Part shown: piece by piece, positions 13,445 through 26,175 of the stretch
How the letters are laid out: each line of letters starts with the position of its first letter
How positions within the stretch are numbered: the stretch's first letter is position 1
Origin: Octopus sinensis
Taxonomy: Eukaryota
Assembly: GCF_006345805.1 (NCBI RefSeq)
Contig: NC_043025.1
Location: 7,502,001-7,566,000, forward strand
DNA length: 64,000 nt
Direction of reading: 5' to 3'
Translations under genes and position numbers: made by a program
Notes under the pieces: generated by a model
Database searches by the model: none
What the model saw: the letters and a program-made list of their open reading frames with translations, nothing else
Told to the model about the DNA's origin: nothing

Positions 13445-13990
13445 CCTGTTTAGCCCCAGGTCAGCCCTGATCCAGCAGGTCTGTGTTAAAGTTTGATCCA
13501 GCTTGTCTTTTTTTTTCAGGTATAGTGTATCTAGGACTACATTATCTAATGTGATGGTTTTAGTTGTTGTTTAAGCCCAGGTCAGCTCTCATCCAGCAGA
13601 TCTATGATGAGAGATGTTCCAGATATGACCACCCAGTCTTTTATTCAGGCATAGTGTATCTAGGGCTACATTATCTAATGTGATGGTTTTAGTTGTTCTT
13701 TATCCCCACAGATTATCCATGTTCCTGCTGGCTCATATTCAGAAGTGTTCCATCTGTGACCATCCCATCATTTATTTAGACATAAGACTACATTATCTAA
13801 TGAATCTTTCCTTATTATTATTGTTTAGCCCCAGGTCAACTCTGATCCAGCAGGCCTATGATCAAAGATGGTCTTGTTGACACCATCTTGCCTTTTATTC
13901 AGACAAAGTGTACCTTGGACTATATTATCGAATCATTTACTGAAATCCTCCAAAACCTCATCATCCCATCTTTTATTCAGACAAGGTGTA
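13445..13990 (+). repeat. degenerate tandem of about four ~125-bp units of an unclassified short repeat
   Basis: Recurring TTTAGCCCCAGGTCA...CTATGATC...TAGTGTATCTAGGACTACATTATCTAATG; monomers also near 3545, 4660, 29380, 45260, 59295. Confidence 0.7.
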
Positions 13991-14051
13991 ACTAATGTGT
14001 CCCTAACAGAGTAAGGGTAGGAATAGTCACTAATGCTCATATATATATATG

Positions 14052-14541
14052 CGTGGGAAGACCCGGCAGGACATAACCCGTGGCCTCTACCTGGGATGTA
14101 GCCAGCCCACTTATGCATACCTTTCCTTCTTGTGACACAAACCCTACTTGTGAAGACCTGTTGAGGCAAGTGAAAATCAAAATCGAAATCGATCAACATC
14201 AATGGAAATTGTAGCTGTGATACCAGTGCCGGTGGCACATAAGAGAACCGTCCGATCGTGGCTGTTGCCAGCGCCGCCCCAACGGGCCTCCGTGCCGGTG
14301 GCATGTAAAAAACACCATCCGATCGTAGCCATTTGCCAGCCCCGTCTGGCACCTGTGCAGGTGGCACGTAAAAAGCACCCACTACACTCACGTAGTGGTG
14401 GGCATTAGGAAGGGCATCCAGCTGTAGAAGCACTGCCAGATCAGACTGGAGCCTGGTGCAGCCTTCTGGCTTCCCAGACCCCGGTTGAACTGTCCAACCC
14501 ATGCTAGCATGGAAGGCGGACTGTAAACGATGATGATGATG
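14052..14541 (+). mobile_element. family C retroposon, longer 5' portion
   Basis: AGGAAGGGCATCCAGCTGTAGAA and (TGA)n tail. Confidence 0.8.
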
Positions 14542-14544
14542 GTG

Positions 14545-14840
14545 CTTGGGCATGGCTTAGTTAGGTGTTGCACTCATGATTGTGAGATTGTGGGTTCAAT
14601 TCCCAGACCATTATGTAGTGTTCTTGAGCAAAGTACTTCATTTCACATTACTCTACAATCATTTCGACATCTGACATGTGGCACCCAGTTGCACCTGTAC
14701 AGGTAATGTTGATCTGATGGAAGGAGTGAGCTTGTGTCTACACAAACATTTGATCACTATAAACAAATCATCTGTGTGGTTGTTCGGTAAGAAATTGTCG
14801 AACCCTCATGCATCGTCTAACGACGGGAGAGTCCATTAAA
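14545..14840 (+). mobile_element. decayed tRNA-derived SINE family E
   Basis: GGTTCAATTCCC B box then GTGTTCTTGAGCAA core. Confidence 0.6.
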
Positions 14841-14872
<32 letters not shown>

Positions 14873-14894
14873 CGAGCGAGATCGTTTCCAGAGC

Positions 14895-15300
14895 AACAAG
14901 CTGGCCTCCGTGCCGATGGCGCATTAAAAACACCATTTGAGCATAATCGTTACCTGCATCGCCTTACTAGCACTTGTGCTGGTGGCACATGAAAAAAACA
15001 TTCGAACGAGGTCGTTGCCAGTGCCGTTGGACTGGCTCCTGTGCAGGTGGCACATAAAAAAAACACCATTTGAGCGTGGTCGTTGCCAGTACCGCCTGAC
15101 TGGCCCTCATGCCGGTGGCACGTAAAAGCACTCTCTAACCTCTCGGAGTGGTTGGCATTAGGAAGGGCATCCAGCTGTAGAAACTCTGCCAGATCAAGAT
15201 TGGAATCAGGTGCAGCCATCTGGTTCGCCAGACCTCAGTCAAATCGTCCAACCCATGCTAGCATGGAAAGCGGACGTTAAATGATGATGATGATGATGAT
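14895..15300 (+). mobile_element. family C retroposon
   Basis: Internal units and (TGA)n tail. Confidence 0.85.
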
Positions 15301-16431
15301 ATATATATGGCTAGGTTGTCAAAATTAGTAACAGGTGAAATGATTAATTTCTGATTTCTTGTTATTTTCTCCTACCTGTTTGAAATAATTACATTCCAAG
15401 TACTGCATCATCACTTTGTACAGTTGCATCATCTTTAGGAGTAAAAATTGCTCAGCATAGTTGTTGTTGAAGTTGAGAGGGTTTCAAACTTAAGTCAGGT
15501 GGCAGGCCCCTCCACTTTTTTTTTTTCGAGAAATTTTTCCTCAACTTTGACCTTGTTGAAATTGAGGTTGCTTGTTAGATATCTGGATAATTTCTGGTGA
15601 CTTAAGAATCAACATTATTTTCTCTGTTGGATGCCAAGTCAATTTTTCCCCCCACACTAATGTCTAAATTGATAATTTCCAAGTTTCGAAAACTGGGGTC
15701 TAAAATAGGTTAAAATGAGTAATAACCAACTTCAATAATTTCTTCTCTTTGACTGCAAGGTGCGTAAATATATCAGGAAGAGATCCACTCCAGCAGATTG
15801 TGAAGAGGCTGCAGTGAATATTTTATGCCGAGTTGTAAAATTTAGTCATGTGTTGTTAATTTCCTATCGAGTACCACTTTCCTATGATCCACTTTCATTT
15901 GACCTAGATATTTAAAATTTTTGTTGCATTTCTGATGTTTAAGGATGGATATTGAAGAAGCAATTTAACCTTATCTTGGCTTCTTCATTTTGCCCCAGTT
16001 TAATTTGCCTTGTAATATGCTCAAAAAGAACAGTTGATAATTAACTGGAATAGTATTCAGATTATATTACAGTGCAGGCGTGGTCCAAGGAATGTTTCGA
16101 AGGGAGCGCATAAGCTCAGAAGGGAATACAATTCCAGGAGAAAAAGGGCGTAATAACATTTAGAAAGGCGTACTTTTCTTGAGTGGGGGGATGTACTCCT
16201 CAGACTCCCCCCCCCCGGATCCGTCCCTGTTGCGTTTTTAATGCATTTTGAGAGGGTCATTTACTTACTCTTATTCTTTTACTAGTTTCAGTCATTTGAC
16301 TGTTGCCATGCTGGAGCACTGCCTTTAGTTGATATAGTTTTTGGAATGTAGTGAACACATGTAAAAAAATATATTTTGTCTCAAAGTCAACAGTGCAGTA
16401 AAAACTCAAATGCTCCTCATTGTGACCTTCT

Positions 16432-16795
16432 CCATCATCATCATCATCATCATTTAGCGTCCGCTTTCCATGCTAGCATGGGTTGAACAGTTCAGCTGGG
16501 GTCTGGGAAGCCAGAAGGCTGCACCAGGCCCAGTCTGATCTGGCAGTGTTTCTACAGCTGGATGCCCTTCCTAACACCAACCACTTCATGAGTGTAGTGG
16601 GTGCTTTTTACGTGCCAGACGAGGCTGGCAACGACCTCGATTGGATGGTGCTTTTTAGATGTCACCGGCACGGGGGCCAGGCAAGGCTGGCAACAGCCAC
16701 GATCGGACGGTGCTTTTTACGTGCCACTGGCACAGAAGCCAGTCGGGGCGGGGCTGGCAATGGCCACGTTCGGATGGTTCTCTTACGGACCACCG

Positions 16796-16796
<1 letters not shown>
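16432..16796 (-). mobile_element. family C retroposon
   Basis: Matches 5272-5660. Confidence 0.85.
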
Positions 16797-16843
<47 letters not shown>

Positions 16844-16846
<3 letters not shown>

Positions 16847-17052
16847 GGTGTCCCAGAAGTTGTGCACCATCCTGGTTTTTTAAAAGAATACACTCTTATT
16901 GATTTCAAAAACACTTATTGAAATTAATCGTAACAAATGCTCAAATTGAGCACCCTCTACAATAAAACATGCCGAAAAAAATATAATAAAATAAAATGCT
17001 TTAATTATTTTCAATTAAGACCAGAATGGTGCGTGACTTCTGGGACACCCTG
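16844..17052. mobile_element. Tc1/mariner-type MITE
   Basis: ~33-bp TIR, outer 17 bp perfect (CAGGGTGTCCCAGAAGT); TA on the left flank. Confidence 0.85.
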
Positions 17053-17344
17053 AAGATATATATATATATATATACAAACACATATATATAGTCACAACAT
17101 CCAAGTACCTTGTTGGCTTGGTTAAATTTCCTCTAACCCCTGCCTCCACTTTTCCCAAACCACTATGCTCTTGTTAATTAATGTTAATTAGAAATGATTA
17201 ATTTCTTTCTCTCATCTTCTCTCTCTCTTTCTCCTTCATTATCCTTGCCCTCTTTCCTTTCCAATGGACCATCTATTGTGTGTATGTACATCTCCTTATG
17301 TATATGTTTATTTGTCTCTGTGTATGTGTACCTATGTTTGTGCA

Positions 17345-17430
<86 letters not shown>

Positions 17431-17515
17431 AGAGCATTTCCACATGTATGTTTGTATGTATGCGTCCGTGTATTGTGTGTGTTTGTACCTTTGTGTATGT
17501 GTGTGTATATATATA

Positions 17516-17926
17516 GGCGCAGGAGTGGCTGTGTGGTAAGTAGCTTGTTTACCAACCACATGGTTCCGGGTTCAGTCCTACTGCGTGGCATCTTGGGCAA
17601 GTGTCTTCTGCTATAGCCCAGGGCCGACCAAAGCCTTGTGAGTGGATTTGGTAGACGGAAACTGAAAGAAGCCCGTCGTATATATGTATATATATATGTG
17701 GTGTGTGTGTATGTTTGTGTGTCTGTGTTTGTCCCCCTAGCATTGCTTGACAACCGATGCTGGTGTGTTTATGTCCCCGTCACTTAGCGGTTCGGCAAAA
17801 AGAGACCGATAGAATAAGTACTGGGCTTACAAAAGAATAAGTCCCGGGGTCGAGTTTCTTTGATTAAAGGCGGTGCTCCAGCATGGCCGCAATCAAAATG
17901 ACTGAAACAAGTAAAAGAGTAAAGAG
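17516..17926 (+). mobile_element. SINE family A, young full-length copy
   Basis: CpG-retaining near-consensus copy. Confidence 0.92.
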
Positions 17927-18130
17927 AGAGTATATATGTGTGTGTGTGTGTATTTTCCACATGCGTGTTTGTATATATGCGTCCGTGTGTGCACGCGCCT
18001 GTGTTTGTTAATGTGCATGTTTATATGTACATCGTATGCATGTTTGTGTAATTGTGTGTGTGTAAATGCTTGCTCGAGAGAGGACCTCCGTGTCTGGGAC
18101 CTTTGACCTACCAAGTGATTTTCAACAATA

Positions 18131-18481
18131 TTTCAAAGGGCCGGCCTTGTCACTCTCTGTGTCACGCTGAATATCCCCGAGAACTACGTTAAGGGTACAC
18201 GTGTCTGTGGAGTGCTCAGCCACTTACACGTTAATTATAGAGCAGGCTGTTCCGTTGATTCGGATCAACCGGAACCCTCGTCGTCGTAACCGACGGAGTG
18301 CTTCAATTTCAAAGGGCCGGCCTTGTCACTCTCTGTGTCACGCTGAATATCCCCGAGAACTACGTTAAGGGTACACGTGTCTGTGGAGTGCTCAGCCACT
18401 TACACGTTAATTATAGAGCAGGCTGTTCCGTTGATTCGGATCAACCGGAACCCTCGTCGTCGAAACCGACGGAGTGCTTCC
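18131..18481 (+). repeat. tandem dimer (176 bp) of the SINE family D 3' module
   Basis: TTTCAAAGGGCCGG at 18131 and 18307; reverse complement matches about 39090-39260. Confidence 0.88.
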
Positions 18482-18960
18482 ATGCCTCGATTTTCAACAG
18501 CTTTTTCGGGCATTTTTAGTTCATGTTGGAAGCGGTTTCGTTTTTTTTTTTGGCGTTGCGTTCGTCAACCGTCCAAGTCTCGCAGACATACGCGTAGTCA
18601 GAAGCTGCTGCTTTTGGTACACCGATAACTTGGTTGGCCAAACCTAATGCCTCTCCTCTCTCCCACACTGGTTCACCCTAGCCACCCGAATGATGAGCTT
18701 TCCTTTTCGATGCGTGTGTCGGCTCCGTCGTCAATGTTCACAGATCTGCAAAGTGTGTTGCCGAGGTACGAGAACTTATTACCATTCAAGGGCTCCCTTC
18801 CCTCTTCGACTGTGATAGTTGGTTCCGCATTCGGCTTTTGCGGGACATCACATGGGAGAAGACGGCGGGGGTACTACGTGTCCGACGGTGGCCGACCAGT
18901 CCGATGCATGCTCGGATGGCTCTGCCGCAGGTCGGACACTGGTGTTTTGCTGGACCTGGA
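18482..18960 (-). pseudogene. frameshifted RTE-BovB-like LINE fragments (zinc-finger end joined to RT-thumb region)
   Basis: HQCPTCGRAIRACIGLVGHRRT, then EPTITVE...KFSYLGNTLCRSVNIDDGADTRIEKESSSFG...CETWTV...RFQHEL. Confidence 0.8.
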
Positions 18961-19007
18961 TGTGTGTGTGTGTGTGTGTGTGTGTATAAATATATATATA
19001 TAGATTA

Positions 19008-19135
19008 ATCAGCCGAAATTGCGAGGATGATCCGGTTCTTGACTGATGATTGAGGGCTTCGAATGTCCCGTCCGTGTTTTTTGTGTCGTCTTCTAAATGT
19101 TTCACGTTCTTGTCCCAGTTTGTATATTTTTTTAC
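19008..19135 (+). repeat. unclassified short repeat inserted at (TA)n, possibly Penelope-like
   Basis: TCAGCCGAAATTG...GACTGATGA...GGGCTTCGAATGTCCCGTCC also near 34664 and 48425. Confidence 0.6.
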
Positions 19136-19141
19136 TTTTAC

Positions 19142-19791
<650 letters not shown>

Positions 19792-19964
19792 TATACATCG
19801 CCATATGAATGTTTGTTTGTGTGTATGTGTGTGTGTCTCAATATGCATATATCCGCGTATGTATGTATGTGTATCCATAACTCAGTGTTTTGAATATTAA
19901 AAAGTTTGGCGTCCGATTTCGTTTAATCTGTTTCGCATTTGTGACTGCATGCCTTACATTCACA

Positions 19965-20010
<46 letters not shown>

Positions 20011-20385
20011 CCACACACACACACACAAAACACACCACACACACAAACACAAACACAAACACACACACACCACACACACACACAACACCACACACACACA
20101 CAACACACACACACACCACACACACACACCACAACACAAACACACACACACAAACCACACACACACAAACACAAACACACACACACACACACACACAACA
20201 CACACACACACACCACACACACACAAACACACACAACACACAACACACCACACCACACACACACAAACACACACACCACACACACACACAACACCACACA
20301 CACACAAACCACACACACACACACACACCACACACAAACACACACACAAACACACACAAACACAACACACACACACACACATATA
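19965..20385. repeat. interrupted (CA)n tract
   Basis: About 420 bp of almost only C and A. Confidence 0.95.
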
Positions 20386-20634
20386 TATATATGTCGGCTT
20401 GTGTTTCTATGTACCCAACTATTGTGTGTTTATATGCGTCTATTTATATATGTACATGTGTGTATATGTTTTTATAATAATATAAATAATAATAATAATG
20501 AAATAATATTGTATACAGTGCTCAGGTGCACCACAACTTGTCAGAAAGTGCGTATAAAGTATATGCAATAATGTAGAAATGTCTGGAAAGCGAACAGTGT
20601 AGAGTCAGATACATACCTGTGTGAGTTCTTATAT

Positions 20635-20643
20635 ATGTATGTT

Positions 20644-20678
<35 letters not shown>

Positions 20679-20689
20679 TATTATATAGT

Positions 20690-20756
<67 letters not shown>

Positions 20757-20757
20757 G

Positions 20758-20831
<74 letters not shown>

Positions 20832-20865
20832 TGTATATATAGATATATATATATATATATATGTT

Positions 20866-20941
<76 letters not shown>

Positions 20942-20985
20942 ATATATATATGTTTGTATATATATATATATGTCTGTGTACGTTT
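20635..20985. repeat. (TA)n with periodic TGTTTG/TGTCTG interruptions
   Basis: Minisatellite-like compound run. Confidence 0.9.
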
Positions 20986-21301
20986 GTTCATCATATTTAA
21001 ATCCTGCGTCCATCGCGCGTGTATATGTGTATGTATATATTGTATACTTTTGTCCATCTCTAGAAATTAGTCTTGCGTACAAGGAAGGGTCTGTGTGTGT
21101 GTGTGTGCGTCAGGAAAAGAAATACAGTAATTGAACAATCGATTAGTTAGTTGGATATTTAACCAACTGACTAATAATAAAGGAGTGGAACCGAACCAGC
21201 GTGTGCGTTAATCATATTGGTATAACGACTCTCCCTAGACACTTACAAAATCTGTTTCAACACACGAATTCACATAAAGAATCTTGCAAACCAGATACAA
21301 A

Positions 21302-21354
<53 letters not shown>

Positions 21355-21517
21355 TATATATTAAATTAGAGATAAAACCACTATAAGGCAAATCAAACAG
21401 TGAAAAACAAAAACCAATTAATAGAAATAAAATTAATTAATTAATATAATATACAAAATATATAAGTTTGGATTTACTCCCTAATATTATTATTATTATT
21501 ATATTATTATTATATAT

Positions 21518-21560
<43 letters not shown>

Positions 21561-21589
21561 ATATATATATATATACATACATACATGTA

Positions 21590-21780
21590 AATGTAATATG
21601 TGACAATTATTCGGTAGCCAAGATAAAACTCTGAGTTTCGGATGCCGAGGTGGAAAGCCACACAAATTTTTGTGGAATAATTGTCACATATTATTTTACA
21701 GATAAATTCCTTTATTTACATAATATTGGGGTCTCTTTCTTTCTTTTGTTATCTTACCGTTTTTTTTTTACCAGTATATA
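21590..21780. mobile_element. Penelope-like relic with inverted junction and 3' half of a hammerhead
   Basis: Homologous to 37325-37505; minus strand CATCC-GAAACTCAGAGTT-TTATC at about 21622-21645. Confidence 0.6.
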
Positions 21781-21824
21781 TATAAGAATCGGCAGGACTT
21801 TGGATAATGGTTCTCGGTATTTAT

Positions 21825-22000
21825 TTACGTTACGTTGTGAGTTCAAATTCCGCCGGGGTCGACTTTGCCTTTCATCCTTTCGGGGTCGATAAATTAAGTA
21901 CCAGTTACGCACTGGCGTCGAGGTAATCGATTTAATACCTATGTCTGTCCTTGTTTGTCCGCTCTATGTTTAGCCCCTTGTGGGCAATAAAGAAATAGGT
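21825..22000 (+). mobile_element. SINE family B, 5'-truncated
   Basis: Core and tail match 11622. Confidence 0.8.
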
Positions 22001-22078
22001 ATTTATATATTTATTTAAATTCCACACAGAGCCATCCGCTTTGTTTTTCGTCTTCCTGGGGGTCGATAATGATACACA

Positions 22079-22110
<32 letters not shown>

Positions 22111-22323
22111 GGTCTGTGTAAAGGAGCGTGTGTGCTTTGTACGAATTGTGATTCATAAAGGTTTATACGTATACAGACACACGTGGAATGATGTTGAGTT
22201 TCGTTTACCGATTTACATACGTGTTGGAGTGACAATGCGTCACGCGTAATCGCGTACGCATACACACACAGTAACTATGCTCATATTCTATGTGTTTACT
22301 AATTAGCTATCTACCACATCCAT

Positions 22324-22362
<39 letters not shown>

Positions 22363-22365
<3 letters not shown>

Positions 22366-22645
22366 GCTGTGTGGTAAGTAGCTTGCTCACCAACCACACG
22401 GTTCCGGGTTCAGTCCCACTCCGTGGCACCTTGGTCAAGTGTCTTCTACTATAGCCTCGGGCCAACCAAAGCCTTGTGAGTGGATTTGGTAGACGGAAAC
22501 TGAAAGATGCTGGTTTGTTTACGTCTCCGTCACTTAGCGGTTCGGCAAAAGAGACCGATAGAATAAGTCTTGGGGTCGATTTACTCGACTAAAGGCGGTG
22601 CTCCAGCATGGCCACAGTCAAATGACTGAAACAAGTAAAAGAGAG
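22363..22645 (+). mobile_element. SINE family A with internal deletion
   Basis: Central microsatellite segment missing at GAAAGA/TGCTGG. Confidence 0.85.
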
Positions 22646-22851
22646 TATATATATATGCGTACATACGTAAACAAGACGTGTATATATGTGCACACGCAAG
22701 CACAGTGCATACCTGTGAGCGCGTGCACGTATATGAGCTCATTATGTATCATCATCATCATCATCATCACCACCATTTAACGGCATTATCTTTGGTGATA
22801 TTTGTTGGACATTTCCACAAGAGCTGGTTGTATGTAAGTATGTATGCATGC

Positions 22852-22885
<34 letters not shown>

Positions 22886-23043
22886 AATTAAAATCACAAT
22901 AAGGGTGAAAAAAATTGAATATTAATTAATAACATCAGTTTAAAACACCCAGTGGCCTAGCGTAAAAAAACTGTGATACAGTAAAAATTATTAATACAAG
23001 TAATAAGAGAGAGACCACATGTGGTCACTCTAACGCTAGAAAT

Positions 23044-23108
23044 AGATCCGCAAAGGGAATCCACCACTAAAGAATTGTTCTTTAGTGGTGGATTCCCTTT
23101 GCGGATCT
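23044..23108. repeat. perfect inverted repeat, 31-bp arms, 3-nt loop
   Basis: AGATCCGCAAAGGGAATCCACCACTAAAGAA-TTG-reverse complement. Confidence 0.95.
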
Positions 23109-23385
23109 TATTACTTGTATCTATCTATCTATCATGTATCTATGTATGTATGCATGCATGCATGCATTTGTACCTACATGCAAGGGATTGCAGTTAGAAT
23201 GATTCAACAACAATGGGGAAAAACCCCCCCAAAAGACTGAAAAAAAGCATGGGGCTGAGTTGGTAAAAGTTTAACGATAAAATAAGTACCAGTGTTTCAC
23301 TGGGGTCGATGCAATCGACTCGTCCCCTCTCCTAAAATTGCTGCTTTTGTGGCAAAATTTGAAACCATTTATTATTATTATTATT

Positions 23386-23846
23386 GAGTGAGAAAGCAGT
23401 TCATGCCATCAAAGTGACACTGGGGTAAAATATACGAAACCCAGTATACCCGTCTGATAAGGGTACACCAGGCACATGCATCACAACCATATGTGCACGA
23501 CATGGTGATCTCATAACAAGATAAACAGCGCATGACCTTGCAGGTGGGGTCCAGTTAGAATTTCCTTCTGGTCGAGTAACCCATCCTGCTCAAAAGCTCC
23601 CTGAATAAGGGTTGTTTAAGGATGTTGAAAGAACCACCCATGTTTCCAGAGGTGAATTATTCAAACCCCAAAGAATCCCTCTCAACATATGGCTATGATG
23701 CTCCCCCACTACTTCTGCTCGTGATCAGAGATGCACATATCATCTGCCACTAAGGGACATGCTCAACTGGTTATGGTCAAACAACTGACAAGCAAATCTG
23801 TGGTATTGAGCAGAATATTTGCTGTAGCCCATCTTTTATACCAAGA

Positions 23847-23847
<1 letters not shown>
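23386..23847. mobile_element. (ATT)n-flanked interspersed element, clade uncertain
   Basis: Non-coding, embedded in (ATT)n on both sides; most of it is repeated at 23915-24230. Confidence 0.7.
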
Positions 23848-23907
<60 letters not shown>

Positions 23908-23914
23908 TAATCAA

Positions 23915-25202
23915 ATTGACCTTGTAGGTGGGGCCCAGTTAGAATTTTCTTCTGGTCGAGTAACCCATCCCACTCAAAAGGTCCCCGAATAAGGGTTGTT
24001 TAAGGATGTTGAACAAAACACCCATGTTTCCAGAGGTGAATTATTCAAACCCCAAAGAATCCCTCTCAACACATGGCTATGATACTCCCCCATTACTTCT
24101 GCTCGTGATCAGAGATTCACATATCGTCAGCCACCAAGGGACATGCTCAACTGGTTACGGTCAAACAACTGACGAGCAAATCTGTGGTATTGAGCAGAAT
24201 ATTTGCTGTAGCCCATCTTTTATACCAAGACAAAACAATGTACATGATAACACTTCCAATCAGTTAAGATCAGAAGCCATGAGAGCCATTGCCTGGTACT
24301 GCATCAGGGCATTAGCAAATCTGTGGTATTGAGCAGAATATTTGCTGTAGCCCATCTTTTATACCAAGACAAAACAATGTACATGATAACACTTCCAATC
24401 AGTTAAGATCAGAAGCCATGAGAGCCATTGCCTGGTACTGCATCAGGGCATTAGCAAATCTGTGGTATTGAGCAGAATATTTGCTGTAGCCCATCTTTTA
24501 TACCAAGACAAAACAATGTACATGATAACACTTCCAATCAGTTAAGATCAGAAGCCATGAGAGCCATGCCTGGTACTGCATCAGGGCATTAGCAAATCTG
24601 TGGTACTGAGCAGAATATTTGCTGTAGCCCATCTTTTATACCAAGACAAAACAATGTACATGATAACACTTCCAATCAGTTAAGATCAGAAGCCATGAGA
24701 GCCATTGCCTGGTACTGCATCAGGGCATTAGCAAATCTGTGGTATTGAGCAGAATATTTGCTGTAGCCCATCTTTTATACCAAGACAAAACAATGTACAT
24801 GATAACACTTCCAATCAGTTAAGATCAGAAGCCATGAGAGCCACTGCCTGGTACTGCATCAGGGCATTAGCAAATCTGTGGTATTGAGCAGAATATTTGC
24901 TGTAGCCCATCTTTTATACCAAGACAAAACAATGTACATGATAACACTTCCAATCAGTTAAGATCAGAAGCCATGAGAGCCACTGCCTGGTACTGCATCA
25001 GGGCATTAGCAAATCTGTGGTACTGAGCAGAATATTTGCTGTAGCCCATCTTTTATACCAAGACAAAACAATGTACATGATAACACTTCCAATCAGTTAA
25101 GATCAGAAACCATGAGAGCCACTGCCTGGTACTGCATCAGGGCATTAGCAAATCTGTGGTATTGAACAGAATATTTGCTGTAGCCCATCTTTTATACCAA
25201 GA

Positions 25203-25203
<1 letters not shown>
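23915..25203. repeat. second copy of the (ATT)n-flanked element with a 139-bp x 7.4 tandem array
   Basis: AGCAAATCTG at 24175, 24314, 24453, 24591, 24730, 24869, 25008, 25147. Confidence 0.95.
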
Positions 25204-25239
<36 letters not shown>

Positions 25240-25558
25240 GTTATTATTTAATCAGATTGAGTCAATTGAATAGAAAAAGTGCAGCAGTGCGTGAGTACTT
25301 GGAATTTCCAATGTAGTCAAAAAAAAAAAATAGTAATTAATAAAAATAACAAAAAAAACCCAGCTTAAAAATTAATACGTCATGGTTTTACATATCCGTG
25401 ACTGAGACATCAGCGATGAAAAATGACATCTAGTGATTCTGTGAAGGAAATAACCATGATGAAAATGGCTTGATTCACAGATAGTTTTGTCTTAATTTAC
25501 AACAGAGCTTCTCATCCAGGGTCCATATAAGATTTTTGGGGTTCCACATAACAAATTA

Positions 25559-25974
25559 GGGATCTTTTTGGTTTGAACGGCAGTTTTTAACATAATTTCT
25601 AGGTAACTAAAAAATTTTAAACTTCGTATACTGGTAGAATGTGTTTATAAAACATCTTTTTCTCTTGGCTTTATTGAGAAATTTCTATAGTTTGTAAGAT
25701 ATTTGTTTTTTTTCTTCAATTTCTGCAATTTCAACCAATCAATGACGTCCATTGAGTTAAAAAGCATTCTGTGCCGTATGAATATGTCCCTCGTTTAAGA
25801 AGCAGATTGGGTTTATTTACATTTGTGAAGAAAAAAGGATACCCTTCCTCCCACCCCTAACCCTAACCCTAAAACAGATTGAAATGCAATAGATTGATAC
25901 TAGGGTCATAATTATGGGTGACAATTTCATATGACGCCGCTAGAAAAAACTGCCGTTCAAACCGAAAAGATCCC
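25559..25974. mobile_element. GGGATC-ended MITE, 6-bp TSD
   Basis: ~29-bp TIR; AAATTA at 25553-25558 and 25975-25980. Confidence 0.9.
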
Positions 25975-26175
25975 AAATTAGCAAACTGGATATCCAGAAT
26001 AGTATTTTAAGGGCCCTTGAAAAAATTTTGCTTTAGATGTATTGTATTGGTATTTATTGCAAGAAACAGCCAGGTTTCTTTATCTGACATTTTACATTGT
26101 TCAACCTCCACAAGTTTATGGGTGGAAAACCAAAATAGGAATTCTGAAAGACGTTTCTATAAAACTAGTTTTTAA

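Noticed and set aside
15360-15900. Possible exons in unique-looking sequence
   Set aside because: Splice pairs are weak or inconsistent and no peptide was recognised
19008-19075. CTGATGA/CTGAAGA as a hammerhead core in the 19008/34664/48425 family
   Set aside because: No downstream GAAA with consistent stems I and III could be built
24230-24312. Patchy resemblance of the 139-bp unit to U2 snRNA stem IIa and stem-loop IV
   Set aside because: Matches are short, gapped and best on opposite strands; no Sm site; likely chance
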